A DNA stretch of 45,161 nt. Source: an uncultured Verrucomicrobia subdivision 3 bacterium (GTDB taxonomy: Bacteria > Verrucomicrobiota > Verrucomicrobiia > Limisphaerales > UBA11358). The translations under genes were made by a program, and so were the position numbers. The stretch lies in the NCBI GenBank assembly GCA_903822015.1, contig CAIJNQ010000070.1, forward strand, positions 1-45,161. The letters are read 5' to 3'. Shown piece after piece: positions 9,256 through 17,968 of the stretch. The stretch's first letter is position 1. Each line of letters opens with the position of its first letter. The notes below the pieces were generated by a model, which saw only the letters and a program-made list of their open reading frames with translations, had not been told where the DNA came from and did no database searches.

Positions 9256-9910
9256 AAAATTAAGGATTTGCCGTTCCAAACCAGACACGAAACGTAGCAA
9301 AAAAATCCGTGCCGTAAAGAAAATTGAATCGATAACCAAGACGGAAACAAAGGAGCGGGGTTATTCTCCCTCCGGGTCTTCGCCATCAGATTTTGGTCAT
9401 TAATTCGCAAAATATGTTGAGTCTAATCCACCGGATATAGGAAACTTGACGCATGACTTCCACGTTTCCAAAGCGATGCCTGGCATTTTTTATGGACGTT
9501 GCCATTGTCATATTCCATCTCAACATTCCTTTCGGCTATGAGGATGACTATGGTTTTCATTTGGGCAAAAACTGATCGCCGCCTGGACCTGCTGCGCCAC
9601 GGTTCGCCGCCCGCCACCGGGAAAAACGACGGCTTGGCTGCCCTCGGGCTTGCCGGCTTCAGAATTATTTCTTGCCGGCTATCTGCCAAAGAGGCAGTGT
9701 CGGCACATCACCCTGATATCGAGTGAGACATCGCATTGGCAAATTACTATTCCCGAACTTGAGATCCGATCAGCGTCGGCACCTGATGCGGATGATTGTC
9801 GGCACGATTCTGGCAATCGTGCTGGTTTGCGGATTCATCGTGGGAATGTTCTTTTTGCTGAACCGGCCAAATGGCTGAAGCCCCCGCCAAAGCCGCCGGT
9901 GAAGTTTAAA

Positions 9911-9986
<76 letters not shown>

Positions 9987-10101
9987 AACCAATCATTTTA
10001 GCATCAGAAGCTGATGCCAAAACGAAGGTGTAATATAAACCAAAATTGAGACGAACGGCAAGTCATATCGCTGTGGATGGCAGTCGTCGCCTTGCGCTTC
10101 A

Positions 10102-11502
10102 CTATTTGACCTTTTTAAACATTGCCAGGCATTTCATCCGCTGTTCCGCGTGCGCCACGATTCGCTCCGGATATTTGCTCTTTGCCAGCAGGAGCGGATT
10201 TTCCCAGGGTTGATGGATCAGATCGTCGGGAAAGGCTGCAAGTTCGGGGATCCAGCGACGGACAAATTTTCCCTCGGCATCAAACTTCTGGCCCTGTGTC
10301 ACCGGGTTGAAGATGCGGAAATAGGGCGCCGCGTCCGTGCCCGTGCCGGCGCTCCATTGCCAGCCGCCATTGTTTGCGGCCATGTCCCCGTCGACGAGCT
10401 GTTGCATGAAATACCGTTCACCCCACTGCCAGTTGATCAGCAGATCCTTGGTGAGAAACATCGCCGTGATCATGCGCAGCCGGTTGTGCATTGTGCCGGT
10501 GCCATTCAGGCAGCGCATCGCCGCATCGACGATGGGAAAGCCGGTGCGTCCCTGACACCACGCTTGAAAATGTTGCTGATTCACAGACCACTGCAACTTG
10601 TCGTATTCGGGTCGGAACGCACCTCTGGTCACGTGCGGAAAGTTGTGCAGCACCTGCAGATAAAATTCCCGCCAGATGAGTTCATTTAAAAACACCTCGC
10701 AGCTCGCGGCTTGGGCCGGTGTAGCCTGCCCGCGCGCTTTCTTCAACTCACCGAGAATGGTGCGGATGCCGATTGTCCCCGCGCGCAGGTGCGGCGATAA
10801 ATTGGACGTGCCATCCACCTCTGGAAAATTCCGTTTTGCGCCATATTCAAAAACCGGCCCGGCCATGAATTTGCGCAACCGATCCAATGCGGCCCGTTCT
10901 CCGCCGGCTGGAATTGTTTGGGTAAGCGGCAAGCCGGCTTCAGCCGATGAGGCCGGCAAAGGGTCGGATCTTGGACTTTGCACCTTGCCCTTTGGGCTGG
11001 TCAATTTCGGCCTTGGCGGCGGTATTGTTTTTGCCTTCCACGCCTTGGCATACGGCGTGAAAACGGTGTATGGCTTGCCCGCCTGGGTAAGAATTTCCGT
11101 TTCCTCCCAGATGACCGCGTCCTTGAACAATTCGAAGCCGAATCCCCGCAAGTTCAAAATGCCTGTGATCCGCTCATCGCGGCGCTGGGCGTAGGGTTCA
11201 TAGCGTTTGTTGGCGAATACAGCCTGGGCGCCGGTTTCCTCGCAGAGCTGCGGTATTATTTCCTCTGACTTGCCGCAGCGAGTGACGAGCTTGTGACCCA
11301 ACTCGGCAAGGTTTTTACGCAGCGATTGGACGGATTGTATGAGGAATTCCAAACGTGCCGCCCCGACATCCGGGCCCGTGCGAAAAGCGTCTTCGTAAAT
11401 AAAAACCGGGATTACCGATTCCGCGCGCCGGACGGCCTCGCTCAACGCCGTATTATCCGAGACACGCAGGTCGCGGCGAAACCAATGAATGGCCGTTTTC
11501 AC
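10102..11502 (-). CDS. phrB: deoxyribodipyrimidine photolyase (class I CPD photolyase / cryptochrome family)
   Basis: 466 aa. The N-terminus MKTAIHWFRRDLRVSDNTAL is typical. C-terminal FAD-binding motifs: WREFY, TGFPIVDAAMR, GTMHNRLRM, NNGGWQWSAGTGTDAAPYFRIFNP. Confidence 0.9.
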   Translation of the reverse strand: MKTAIHWFRRDLRVSDNTALSEAVRRAESVIPVFIYEDAFRTGPDVGAARLEFLIQSVQSLRKNLAELGHKLVTRCGKSEEIIPQLCEETGAQAVFANKRYEPYAQRRDERITGILNLRGFGFELFKDAVIWEETEILTQAGKPYTVFTPYAKAWKAKTIPPPRPKLTSPKGKVQSPRSDPLPASSAEAGLPLTQTIPAGGERAALDRLRKFMAGPVFEYGAKRNFPEVDGTSNLSPHLRAGTIGIRTILGELKKARGQATPAQAASCEVFLNELIWREFYLQVLHNFPHVTRGAFRPEYDKLQWSVNQQHFQAWCQGRTGFPIVDAAMRCLNGTGTMHNRLRMITAMFLTKDLLINWQWGERYFMQQLVDGDMAANNGGWQWSAGTGTDAAPYFRIFNPVTQGQKFDAEGKFVRRWIPELAAFPDDLIHQPWENPLLLAKSKYPERIVAHAEQRMKCLAMFKKVK

Positions 11503-11511
11503 TGCGGGAGT

Positions 11512-12498
11512 TTAAGCCAGCTCCCTGGCATAGGCAAACAACGCCGGGCTGCCTCCGGTGTGCCAGAACAAAACGGTTTCCCCTTTTATGAAAACACCCT
11601 TGCGGATCAAGTCCACCAGGGCACCAAATGCGCGGCCGGCATAAACCGGATCCAGCACGATCCCTTCGCTGCGTGCCAGCAGCCGGATGGCCTCGCGCTC
11701 CAGGTTCCCCACCACTCCGTAACCCTCCCCCTTGTAACCATAGATAACGCTCACCTCAGCCGGCGTCACCCGTAACGGCGAACCGATGTAAGTTGCGCAA
11801 TCGTTGGCGATCTGTGCCACTTCGGCTTCGTATGCAAAATGTTCCGGGTCGTTTTTATCGATCGAAAGGCCGTGAAGCCGTCCGGTATAACCGGCAATCC
11901 GCGCGCCCAGCACTATGCCCGCCTGCGTGCCGCCGCTGCTGGTGCCAAACACGAGATGATCCACCGGATGCTGCCGGGCGCGCAGCTGAACCATCAGTTC
12001 CTGCATCGCCACCACATAACCCGTCGCGCCCACGCCGTTTGAGCCGCCCACAGGAATCAGATACGGCTTGCGACCCTGCGCGCGAAGCTGCGAGTCCAGT
12101 TCCGATAATTTCGCGGCGCGCTGCGAACGCTCGATCCAATGGCATTCCGCGCCGAGAATTTCGTTCAGCAGCAGATTGCCATTAGCAATTTCCGGCCTTT
12201 TGCCGTTGAGAATCAGTTCGCAGCGCATGCCGGCTTTGGCGGCAGCGGCGGCCGTTTGGCGGCAATGATTGGACTGCGCTGCGCCGAGCGTGACCAACGT
12301 GTCCGCTCCTTGCTGAAGCGCATCGCCAAGGAGAAATTCCAGTTTACGGGTCTTGTTCCCGCCGAGTGCCAGCCCCGTCTGGTCATCGCGTTTGATGAGA
12401 ATTTCCGGCCCCGTCAATTGCCGCGACAACGCCGGGAGTTCTTCCAACGGCGTCGGCAAGTGCGCCAAAGAAAAGCGCGGCAGGGTTTCAATTCGCAT
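11512..12498 (-). CDS. PLP-dependent D-cysteine desulfhydrase / ACC deaminase family enzyme
   Basis: 328 aa. RDDQTGLALGGNKTRKLEFLLGDALQQGADTLVTLGAAQSNHCRQTA contains the PLP lysine region of the DcyD/AcdS family. The C-terminal DPVYAGRAF and HTGG fit. I cannot distinguish DcyD from ACC deaminase by eye. Confidence 0.8.
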   Translation of the reverse strand: MRIETLPRFSLAHLPTPLEELPALSRQLTGPEILIKRDDQTGLALGGNKTRKLEFLLGDALQQGADTLVTLGAAQSNHCRQTAAAAAKAGMRCELILNGKRPEIANGNLLLNEILGAECHWIERSQRAAKLSELDSQLRAQGRKPYLIPVGGSNGVGATGYVVAMQELMVQLRARQHPVDHLVFGTSSGGTQAGIVLGARIAGYTGRLHGLSIDKNDPEHFAYEAEVAQIANDCATYIGSPLRVTPAEVSVIYGYKGEGYGVVGNLEREAIRLLARSEGIVLDPVYAGRAFGALVDLIRKGVFIKGETVLFWHTGGSPALFAYARELA

Positions 12499-12757
12499 TG
12501 CGTCCGGGGATTTTTTTCAGGCCCACCTCGTGGGCGATGTCGTCAAATTCCTCGTGGCTGACCTCTTCCAGTTGCTTGCCGCGCGCCCTGAGCTTTTCGT
12601 TGATCTTGATGGCATGCTCGGTCATCTGATCGTGAGTCTCCTGCGTGCCGCCGACGAGCGCAAAGTTCGGGCCGGTGGTGATGCGCTTTTTACCGTCGGA
12701 ATCCAGCCCGACGCCGAGGATGGCGGCTTTGTTTTTTTTCTTTTTGGCGTTGGCCAT
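12488..12757 (-). CDS. hypothetical small Lys-rich protein (89 aa)
   Basis: ATG-initiated ORF MANAKKKKNKAAILGVGLDSDGKKRITTGPNFALVGGTQETHDQMTEHAIKINEKLRARGKQLEEV. The composition looks protein-like rather than shadow-frame-like. Its stop overlaps the start of the downstream gene by 11 nt, which suggests co-transcription. No family recognised. Confidence 0.55.
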   Translation of the reverse strand: MANAKKKKNKAAILGVGLDSDGKKRITTGPNFALVGGTQETHDQMTEHAIKINEKLRARGKQLEEVSHEEFDDIAHEVGLKKIPGRNAN

Positions 12758-12872
12758 GAATTCAGGCTAAAGCCCGCGTCCGGCCCGGTCAAGCCGTTGG
12801 CGGGAGTGAATATTCATTTTTCCTCGACATGAACACCAATTAAGGCAGCTTTAATTTCATCCGCACCATCAC

Positions 12873-15482
12873 ATGAAAACTAAATATCTTTTCCCCGGAA
12901 TTTCCGGATTAAATCACGTTTTCCCCGGCGCCAAATGTAACCTGAGTTTTTTTGTTGTAATTGTTTTCTGCCTGCTCCTCCCAGGCAGCGTCGTTGGTGC
13001 GGACGCACCGCTGTATAAAGAGGCCCGTGCGCCGCTGGAGCAGCGGTTGGACGATCTTTTTGGCCGCCTGACGCAAGAAGAAAAACTGGCGCTCCTGGGC
13101 GGCACCGGCTTCACCACGCAACCGATTCCGCGGCTCGGCGTGCCGGCCATGGCGATGGCCGATGCTGGACAGGGCGTGCGCGGCGGCGAAGACAGCACCA
13201 TGGGGCCCGCCACGGCATTTCCGGCGGGCGTCGTGATGGCTTCGACGTGGGATACCAATTTAATCCGACAAATCGGCCAGGCCATTGGTGAAGAGGCGCG
13301 CAATAAAGGTTCCGGCGTCCAGGTTTTGCTCGGACCCGCAGTGAACATTCATCGCTCGCCGCTCGGCGGTCGCAATGGCGAATATTTCAGCGAGGATCCG
13401 TTTCTAGCGGCGCGGCTGGCGGTCGCCTACATCCAGGGCCTGCAGCGCAACGGCTTATCCGCCTGCATCAAGCACTACGCCTGTAACAACCAGGAAACCG
13501 ATCGGAACGATGTGAATGCGATTGTCGGTGAACGCGCCTTGCGGGAAATTTATCTCCCCGCATTCGAAGCGGGCGTCAAGGAGGGCAAAGTGTTTTCCTT
13601 GATGAGCTCCTATAACGTGGTCAACGGACACCATGCCAGCGCCAATCCGTACATACTGACGGAGATTTTGAAAAAGGAATGGGGCTTCGACGGGCTGGTG
13701 ATGTCCGACTGGGGCGGCGTTCATGAGACCGGCGCAGTGCAGGCGGGGAACGATCTGGAAATGCCGACGGGCGATAATATGAGCGTGACAAAGCTAAAAG
13801 CCGCTTTGACGAGCGGCAGAGTTACGCAGGCCGCCGTGGATGATTCGGTGCATCGCATTTTGCGTACCATCATTCGCGTCGGATTGCTGGACGGGCCGAT
13901 GCAGCCGGATGCAATTAAAGTCAATTCAACGGCCCACCGCCAAATCGCTCTCGAAGGGGCGGAACAAGGAATTGTCCTGCTCAAAAATCGGGGCAACGTA
14001 TTGCCGCTGGATCGCAGCCAGATCAAATCCATTGCCGTAATTGGCAGAACCGCGGTGAAAATGCAGGTTGACGCGCTGGGCAGCCCGGAGGTGCAGCCGC
14101 TACACACGGTCGAGATGCTGGACGGCATCAAGGCCAAGGCCGGCCATGACATCAAGGTCACGTATGCCGCCGCCGGCACCGATGGTGAACTCCTGCCCGC
14201 CTCCGTCATCACTCCGCCCGATGATGTTTCGCGTCATGGTTTCCAAACCGAATATTTTAAAAACCGCAATTTGCAGGGACCGCCGGCCTTGGTGCGGGTG
14301 GAGGGAACTATCGACCTCCAGAATCCACGCCTGCCCATGCCGGGTTTTCCGGCAAACGATTTCAGCGTGCGTTGGACCGGCAAACTCGTTGCACCGGTGG
14401 ATGGCCGATATGTCTTAACTTTCACCGGCGATGACGGGTTCCGTATTTATCTGGATGGGAAATTATTGATGGATCGCTGGGCCGAGCAGGCCGCCACCAC
14501 TGTTTCCAGTCCGGCCGATTTGCAGGCGGGGAAAACCTATGACTTGCGCGTCGAATACTTCCAGGCCGGTGGCGATTATACGGCCCGGCTTGACTGGCAG
14601 CTGCCGCAAAAAACGCCTTATGCCGAAGCCGTCGCCATTGCGAAAAAATCCGACGCGGCCATCGTCTGCGTTTCCACCCGGCGGGAGGAAGGCGAGGGCA
14701 ATGACCGTCCCTCCATGGATCTGCCCGGCGATCAGGCGGCCCTGATCCGCGCGGTTGCCGCCGTCAATCAGAACACCATCGTGGTGCTGAACAATGGCAC
14801 CCCCGTCACCATGAATGACTGGCTCCCAGACGTGCCGGCGGTGGTCGAGGCCTGGCTTCCGGGTCAGGAAGGTGGAACCGCGCTGGCCGCCATTTTATTT
14901 GGCGACGTGAATCCCTCCGGCAAACTGCCCGACACGCTGGCCGCCCAGCGCAATGATTATTCCGACACTGGCAATTTCCCCGGCCATGATCATCAGGTCA
15001 ATTATGCCGAGGGCATTTATGTCGGCTATCGTCATTTTGACCAGGCCGGCATCCAGCCGCCGTTCCCGTTCGGTCACGGTTTGTCCTACACCACTTTCGG
15101 ATACGATCATCTCCAGCTTTCCCAACCGGCACTGGCGCCGGACGGTAGCATCACCGCCAGCGTGGACATCACCAACACCGGCAAACGCGCCGGGGCGGAA
15201 GTGGTGGAACTTTATCTGCGCGCGCTCCATCCCAAAATTGACCGGCCGGTGCGCGAACTGAAGGGCTTCACCAAAGTAGCCTTGCAGCCCGGTGAAACAA
15301 AGACGGTTCAATTCAACATCCAGCCGCGTGATCTGGCTTACTTCGACGTATCCGGCCATCAATGGAAAGCCGACGCCGGCGACTATGAAGTCGAAGTTGG
15401 CGCCTCGTCGCGCGACCTCCGGCAAAAATCGGCGTTACAATTAAACGCCGACTTTACCGACAAGGTAGTGGCGAATAAATAA
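12873..15482 (+). CDS. GH3 family beta-glucosidase with inserted PA14 domain and C-terminal Fn3-like domain
   Basis: 869 aa. Hydrophobic N-terminal signal/anchor (FFVVIVFCLLLPGSVVGADA). GH3 motifs: GVRGG, NIHRSPLGGRNGEYFSEDP, KHYACNNQETDRN, VMSDWGG (nucleophile Asp). PA14 region around 14240-14670: GFQTEYFKNRNLQG, FSVRWTGKLVAPVDGRYVLTFTGDDGFRIYLDGKLLMDRW. C-terminal FGHGLSYTTF. Confidence 0.9.
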   Translation: MKTKYLFPGISGLNHVFPGAKCNLSFFVVIVFCLLLPGSVVGADAPLYKEARAPLEQRLDDLFGRLTQEEKLALLGGTGFTTQPIPRLGVPAMAMADAGQGVRGGEDSTMGPATAFPAGVVMASTWDTNLIRQIGQAIGEEARNKGSGVQVLLGPAVNIHRSPLGGRNGEYFSEDPFLAARLAVAYIQGLQRNGLSACIKHYACNNQETDRNDVNAIVGERALREIYLPAFEAGVKEGKVFSLMSSYNVVNGHHASANPYILTEILKKEWGFDGLVMSDWGGVHETGAVQAGNDLEMPTGDNMSVTKLKAALTSGRVTQAAVDDSVHRILRTIIRVGLLDGPMQPDAIKVNSTAHRQIALEGAEQGIVLLKNRGNVLPLDRSQIKSIAVIGRTAVKMQVDALGSPEVQPLHTVEMLDGIKAKAGHDIKVTYAAAGTDGELLPASVITPPDDVSRHGFQTEYFKNRNLQGPPALVRVEGTIDLQNPRLPMPGFPANDFSVRWTGKLVAPVDGRYVLTFTGDDGFRIYLDGKLLMDRWAEQAATTVSSPADLQAGKTYDLRVEYFQAGGDYTARLDWQLPQKTPYAEAVAIAKKSDAAIVCVSTRREEGEGNDRPSMDLPGDQAALIRAVAAVNQNTIVVLNNGTPVTMNDWLPDVPAVVEAWLPGQEGGTALAAILFGDVNPSGKLPDTLAAQRNDYSDTGNFPGHDHQVNYAEGIYVGYRHFDQAGIQPPFPFGHGLSYTTFGYDHLQLSQPALAPDGSITASVDITNTGKRAGAEVVELYLRALHPKIDRPVRELKGFTKVALQPGETKTVQFNIQPRDLAYFDVSGHQWKADAGDYEVEVGASSRDLRQKSALQLNADFTDKVVANK

Positions 15483-15526
15483 ATCGCGCCGGAGTTTTTC
15501 GGGAGCGGCTTGCTCTTTGTGGCACG

Positions 15527-16750
15527 TCACAAGTCGTTCACCACGCCCATGAACAAAATCATTTCGGTGCGTGCATCCACAATGGCGAACAAAAACGGCC
15601 GGTCCAAAATCATCTCGAAAGGTTTGGGTGGATTCAGTTCGGGCATTGAATTGCTCTCAGCGGAAATCGCTGTCACCGCTGCTGCTTCGGTGCCTTCTTC
15701 GGTGACTGCCACAAAGGCTTTCTGCCGTACTTCGGAAATGTGATGAGCATCACTGAACATTCCAGAAAAATCAGCATTCGGTTGTGCCTTCAAGTTGTTG
15801 AACGCGGTTTTCATTCCAAGCATTTGAAGCGCCGGTTTAAGTCCCAGCGTATTTTCCAGTTTAAATTTTGGAAGCACCACCAAACCATCCCGGTCACTGA
15901 AACCCGGCACCGTCACATGCCGCCATTTGTCACCATTCATGATTTGCAGCAACCTCGCCGGACTGGAACCGGGGTCGGGTAGAAAAATATACATCGCCAG
16001 ATTGTAACCCATGTAAGGCAGCCGCACGGCCTGATAGCCAGAACCTTTGCGGTAGGTAAACTTTTTGGACATCTCCATCATGGGCAGAGTTTTTGCGTCA
16101 CCGGTCGCCGGATGAAACGGGCGTTCTTTCGTCAGCTTCTTGTCAAACGGGTCTTCCCATTTGCCTTTGAAATAAATCGCGTTGGCCAAGATCAAGTCCG
16201 TATAAAGCGGATCAATCATGCCGTTGGCGATGCCGGTGATGCGACCGTGCGTCTGGTCGCTCGCCCACTGGTTGATTTCCGCCTCCGCCGCCGGCACATT
16301 GGCGAAATCCAAAGGCTTGACCGTGGCGGCAAAAATTTTCTGATTCGCCGCGACGAACTCCGGCTTGATCTTCGCGCTTTGCCGATACCACAACGCGTTG
16401 GCTGTTGTGAGAATGACGTTGGTGTCTTTTGGATTGAGCAATTCTGAAGCGGCCTTGCTGGCTTCGTTCAATGTCGTCGTCGGCATGCCGGCCGTTTCCA
16501 AGACTTGCTGCATTTCCGTTTTGGTTTGGCCGGCCGCACCGTTGGCCGCCATCTGCAATGCGGTGGCCGCGCTGTAAGGTGAAACAAAAATGCTCGCATC
16601 GGGCTTTTCCGCGACGAGTTGTTTAAGCAGTTTGAAAGCGAACGAGTTATTGGCCGCAGCGAGTTTGGATACGTCAGAATCTTCCGCGCAATTGATTTGA
16701 AGACTGGCGATCACAAAAACTGCCACCATCAGGCAAAGTTTTTCTTTCAT
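15527..16750 (-). CDS. serpin family protein (secreted serine protease inhibitor)
   Basis: 407 aa with an N-terminal signal-like segment MKEKLCLMVAVFVIASLQINCAED. Serpin hinge and reactive-centre loop: VTEEGTEAAAVTAISAESNSMPELNPPKPF. Serpin C-terminal signature: FEMILDRPFLFAIVD. Earlier core motifs: NAIYFKGKWEDPF, LPKFKLE. Confidence 0.9.
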   Translation of the reverse strand: MKEKLCLMVAVFVIASLQINCAEDSDVSKLAAANNSFAFKLLKQLVAEKPDASIFVSPYSAATALQMAANGAAGQTKTEMQQVLETAGMPTTTLNEASKAASELLNPKDTNVILTTANALWYRQSAKIKPEFVAANQKIFAATVKPLDFANVPAAEAEINQWASDQTHGRITGIANGMIDPLYTDLILANAIYFKGKWEDPFDKKLTKERPFHPATGDAKTLPMMEMSKKFTYRKGSGYQAVRLPYMGYNLAMYIFLPDPGSSPARLLQIMNGDKWRHVTVPGFSDRDGLVVLPKFKLENTLGLKPALQMLGMKTAFNNLKAQPNADFSGMFSDAHHISEVRQKAFVAVTEEGTEAAAVTAISAESNSMPELNPPKPFEMILDRPFLFAIVDARTEMILFMGVVNDL

Positions 16751-16880
16751 GTTAAAAGATTAGCCCAACACCAAGCGAATGGAAGCCCTCAATGGTTCAC
16801 CGTTGGCGGCGGTGCGTCAATTATGGAGTGCGGTGACACGTCACCGCTTTCAAAGCGCCGACATCTCGGCGCAGTCCAAA

Positions 16881-17825
16881 TCAATCGCGCGGATAGAATT
16901 TGGATTCTTGCGCCAGTTGTTCCCACATTTTTTTTTGCGCATCAGTAATTTTGCCCGGCACCACAATCCTGGTTGCGACGATGAGGTCGCCGGTCTTGCC
17001 CAGGCCGTGTCCGCGCACGCGAAGCTTCTGGCCGCTGGCGGTGCCGGCGGGAATCTTGATGTTCACCTTGCCGTCCAAAGTCGGAATGGAAATTTCCGCG
17101 CCGAGCGCGGCTTCCCATGGAGCCAGTTCCAGTTCGTGGATCAGGTTGTGGCCGTCCACCTCAAAGTCGGGATGTTTGGCGAGCCGGACGCGTAGATATA
17201 AGTCTCCCCCGCTCTCGCCGCGCCCGGCGATACGGAGTTTCTGGCCTTCGGTGATGCCCGCCGGAATTTTGACCTGATGCGAATCGGTTCGGTTCTCGTG
17301 GCGGACGGTGACCGTGCGGAGCGAGCCGCGTCTCGCCTCCTCCAAAGTGACGAGAATATCGCCCTCGATGTCCCGGCTTTCCGGTTCTTCCGCTGCAAAA
17401 CCGCCGCGCTGACCAAATCCGCCCGGGCCGCCGCCGCGCATCCGTGAACCGAATAGTTGCTCAAAAAAATCGCTGAAGCCGGTGCCGCCAAAATGCGTTT
17501 CAAAATCCTCGCTGCTCATCGGCCGGCCACCTCGAAACGTCTGGCCGCCGCCGCCAAAACCGCCGTAGCCGGGCGGCGGTCGAAATTCCGCGCCTGACTT
17601 CCAGTTCGCGCCCAGCTCATCGTATTTCTTCCGCTTGTCCGCGTCGGAAAGCACTTCGTAAGCCTCGTTGATCTCCTTGAATTTTTCCTCAGCCTTCTTC
17701 TTGTCTTTCGCCACGTCAGGATGAAACTCGCGCGCAAGTTTGCGGAAGGCTTTCTTGATCTCATCCGCGCTGGCGGTGCGGGACACGCCGAGGCTCTGAT
17801 AGTAGTCTTTGTATTGAACAGACAT
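16881..17825 (-). CDS. cbpA: J-domain co-chaperone, class II (CbpA-like; no zinc-finger domain)
   Basis: 314 aa. J domain [33 protein letters not shown] with the HPD motif. It is followed by a Gly/Phe-rich linker ([15 protein letters not shown]) and two DnaJ C-terminal beta domains. No CxxCxGxG repeats. Confidence 0.8.
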   Translation of the reverse strand: MSVQYKDYYQSLGVSRTASADEIKKAFRKLAREFHPDVAKDKKKAEEKFKEINEAYEVLSDADKRKKYDELGANWKSGAEFRPPPGYGGFGGGGQTFRGGRPMSSEDFETHFGGTGFSDFFEQLFGSRMRGGGPGGFGQRGGFAAEEPESRDIEGDILVTLEEARRGSLRTVTVRHENRTDSHQVKIPAGITEGQKLRIAGRGESGGDLYLRVRLAKHPDFEVDGHNLIHELELAPWEAALGAEISIPTLDGKVNIKIPAGTASGQKLRVRGHGLGKTGDLIVATRIVVPGKITDAQKKMWEQLAQESKFYPRD

Positions 17826-17870
17826 CGGGTTTTGTTAAATCGTCACAGCGTTAAACCGTTGAATCGGGAG

Positions 17871-17922
17871 ACAAAGTAAAACGTGAAACTTGAAATGCAA
17901 TTCGCGATTTCAGGTTTCACGT
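17871..17922 (-). terminator. putative intrinsic terminator downstream of htrA (could alternatively be an operator upstream of cbpA)
   Basis: A 16-nt inverted repeat, 17881-17896 (acgtgaaacttgaaat) and 17907-17922 (atttcaggtttcacgt), pairs at 15 of 16 positions with a 10-nt loop. On the minus-strand transcript it is followed by UUUACUUUG. It lies 46 nt after the htrA stop and 46 nt before the cbpA start. Confidence 0.55.
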
Positions 17923-17968
17923 GTGACGCAAACCGATTAAACAATTCAATGGATCAAGAAATTCCGAC

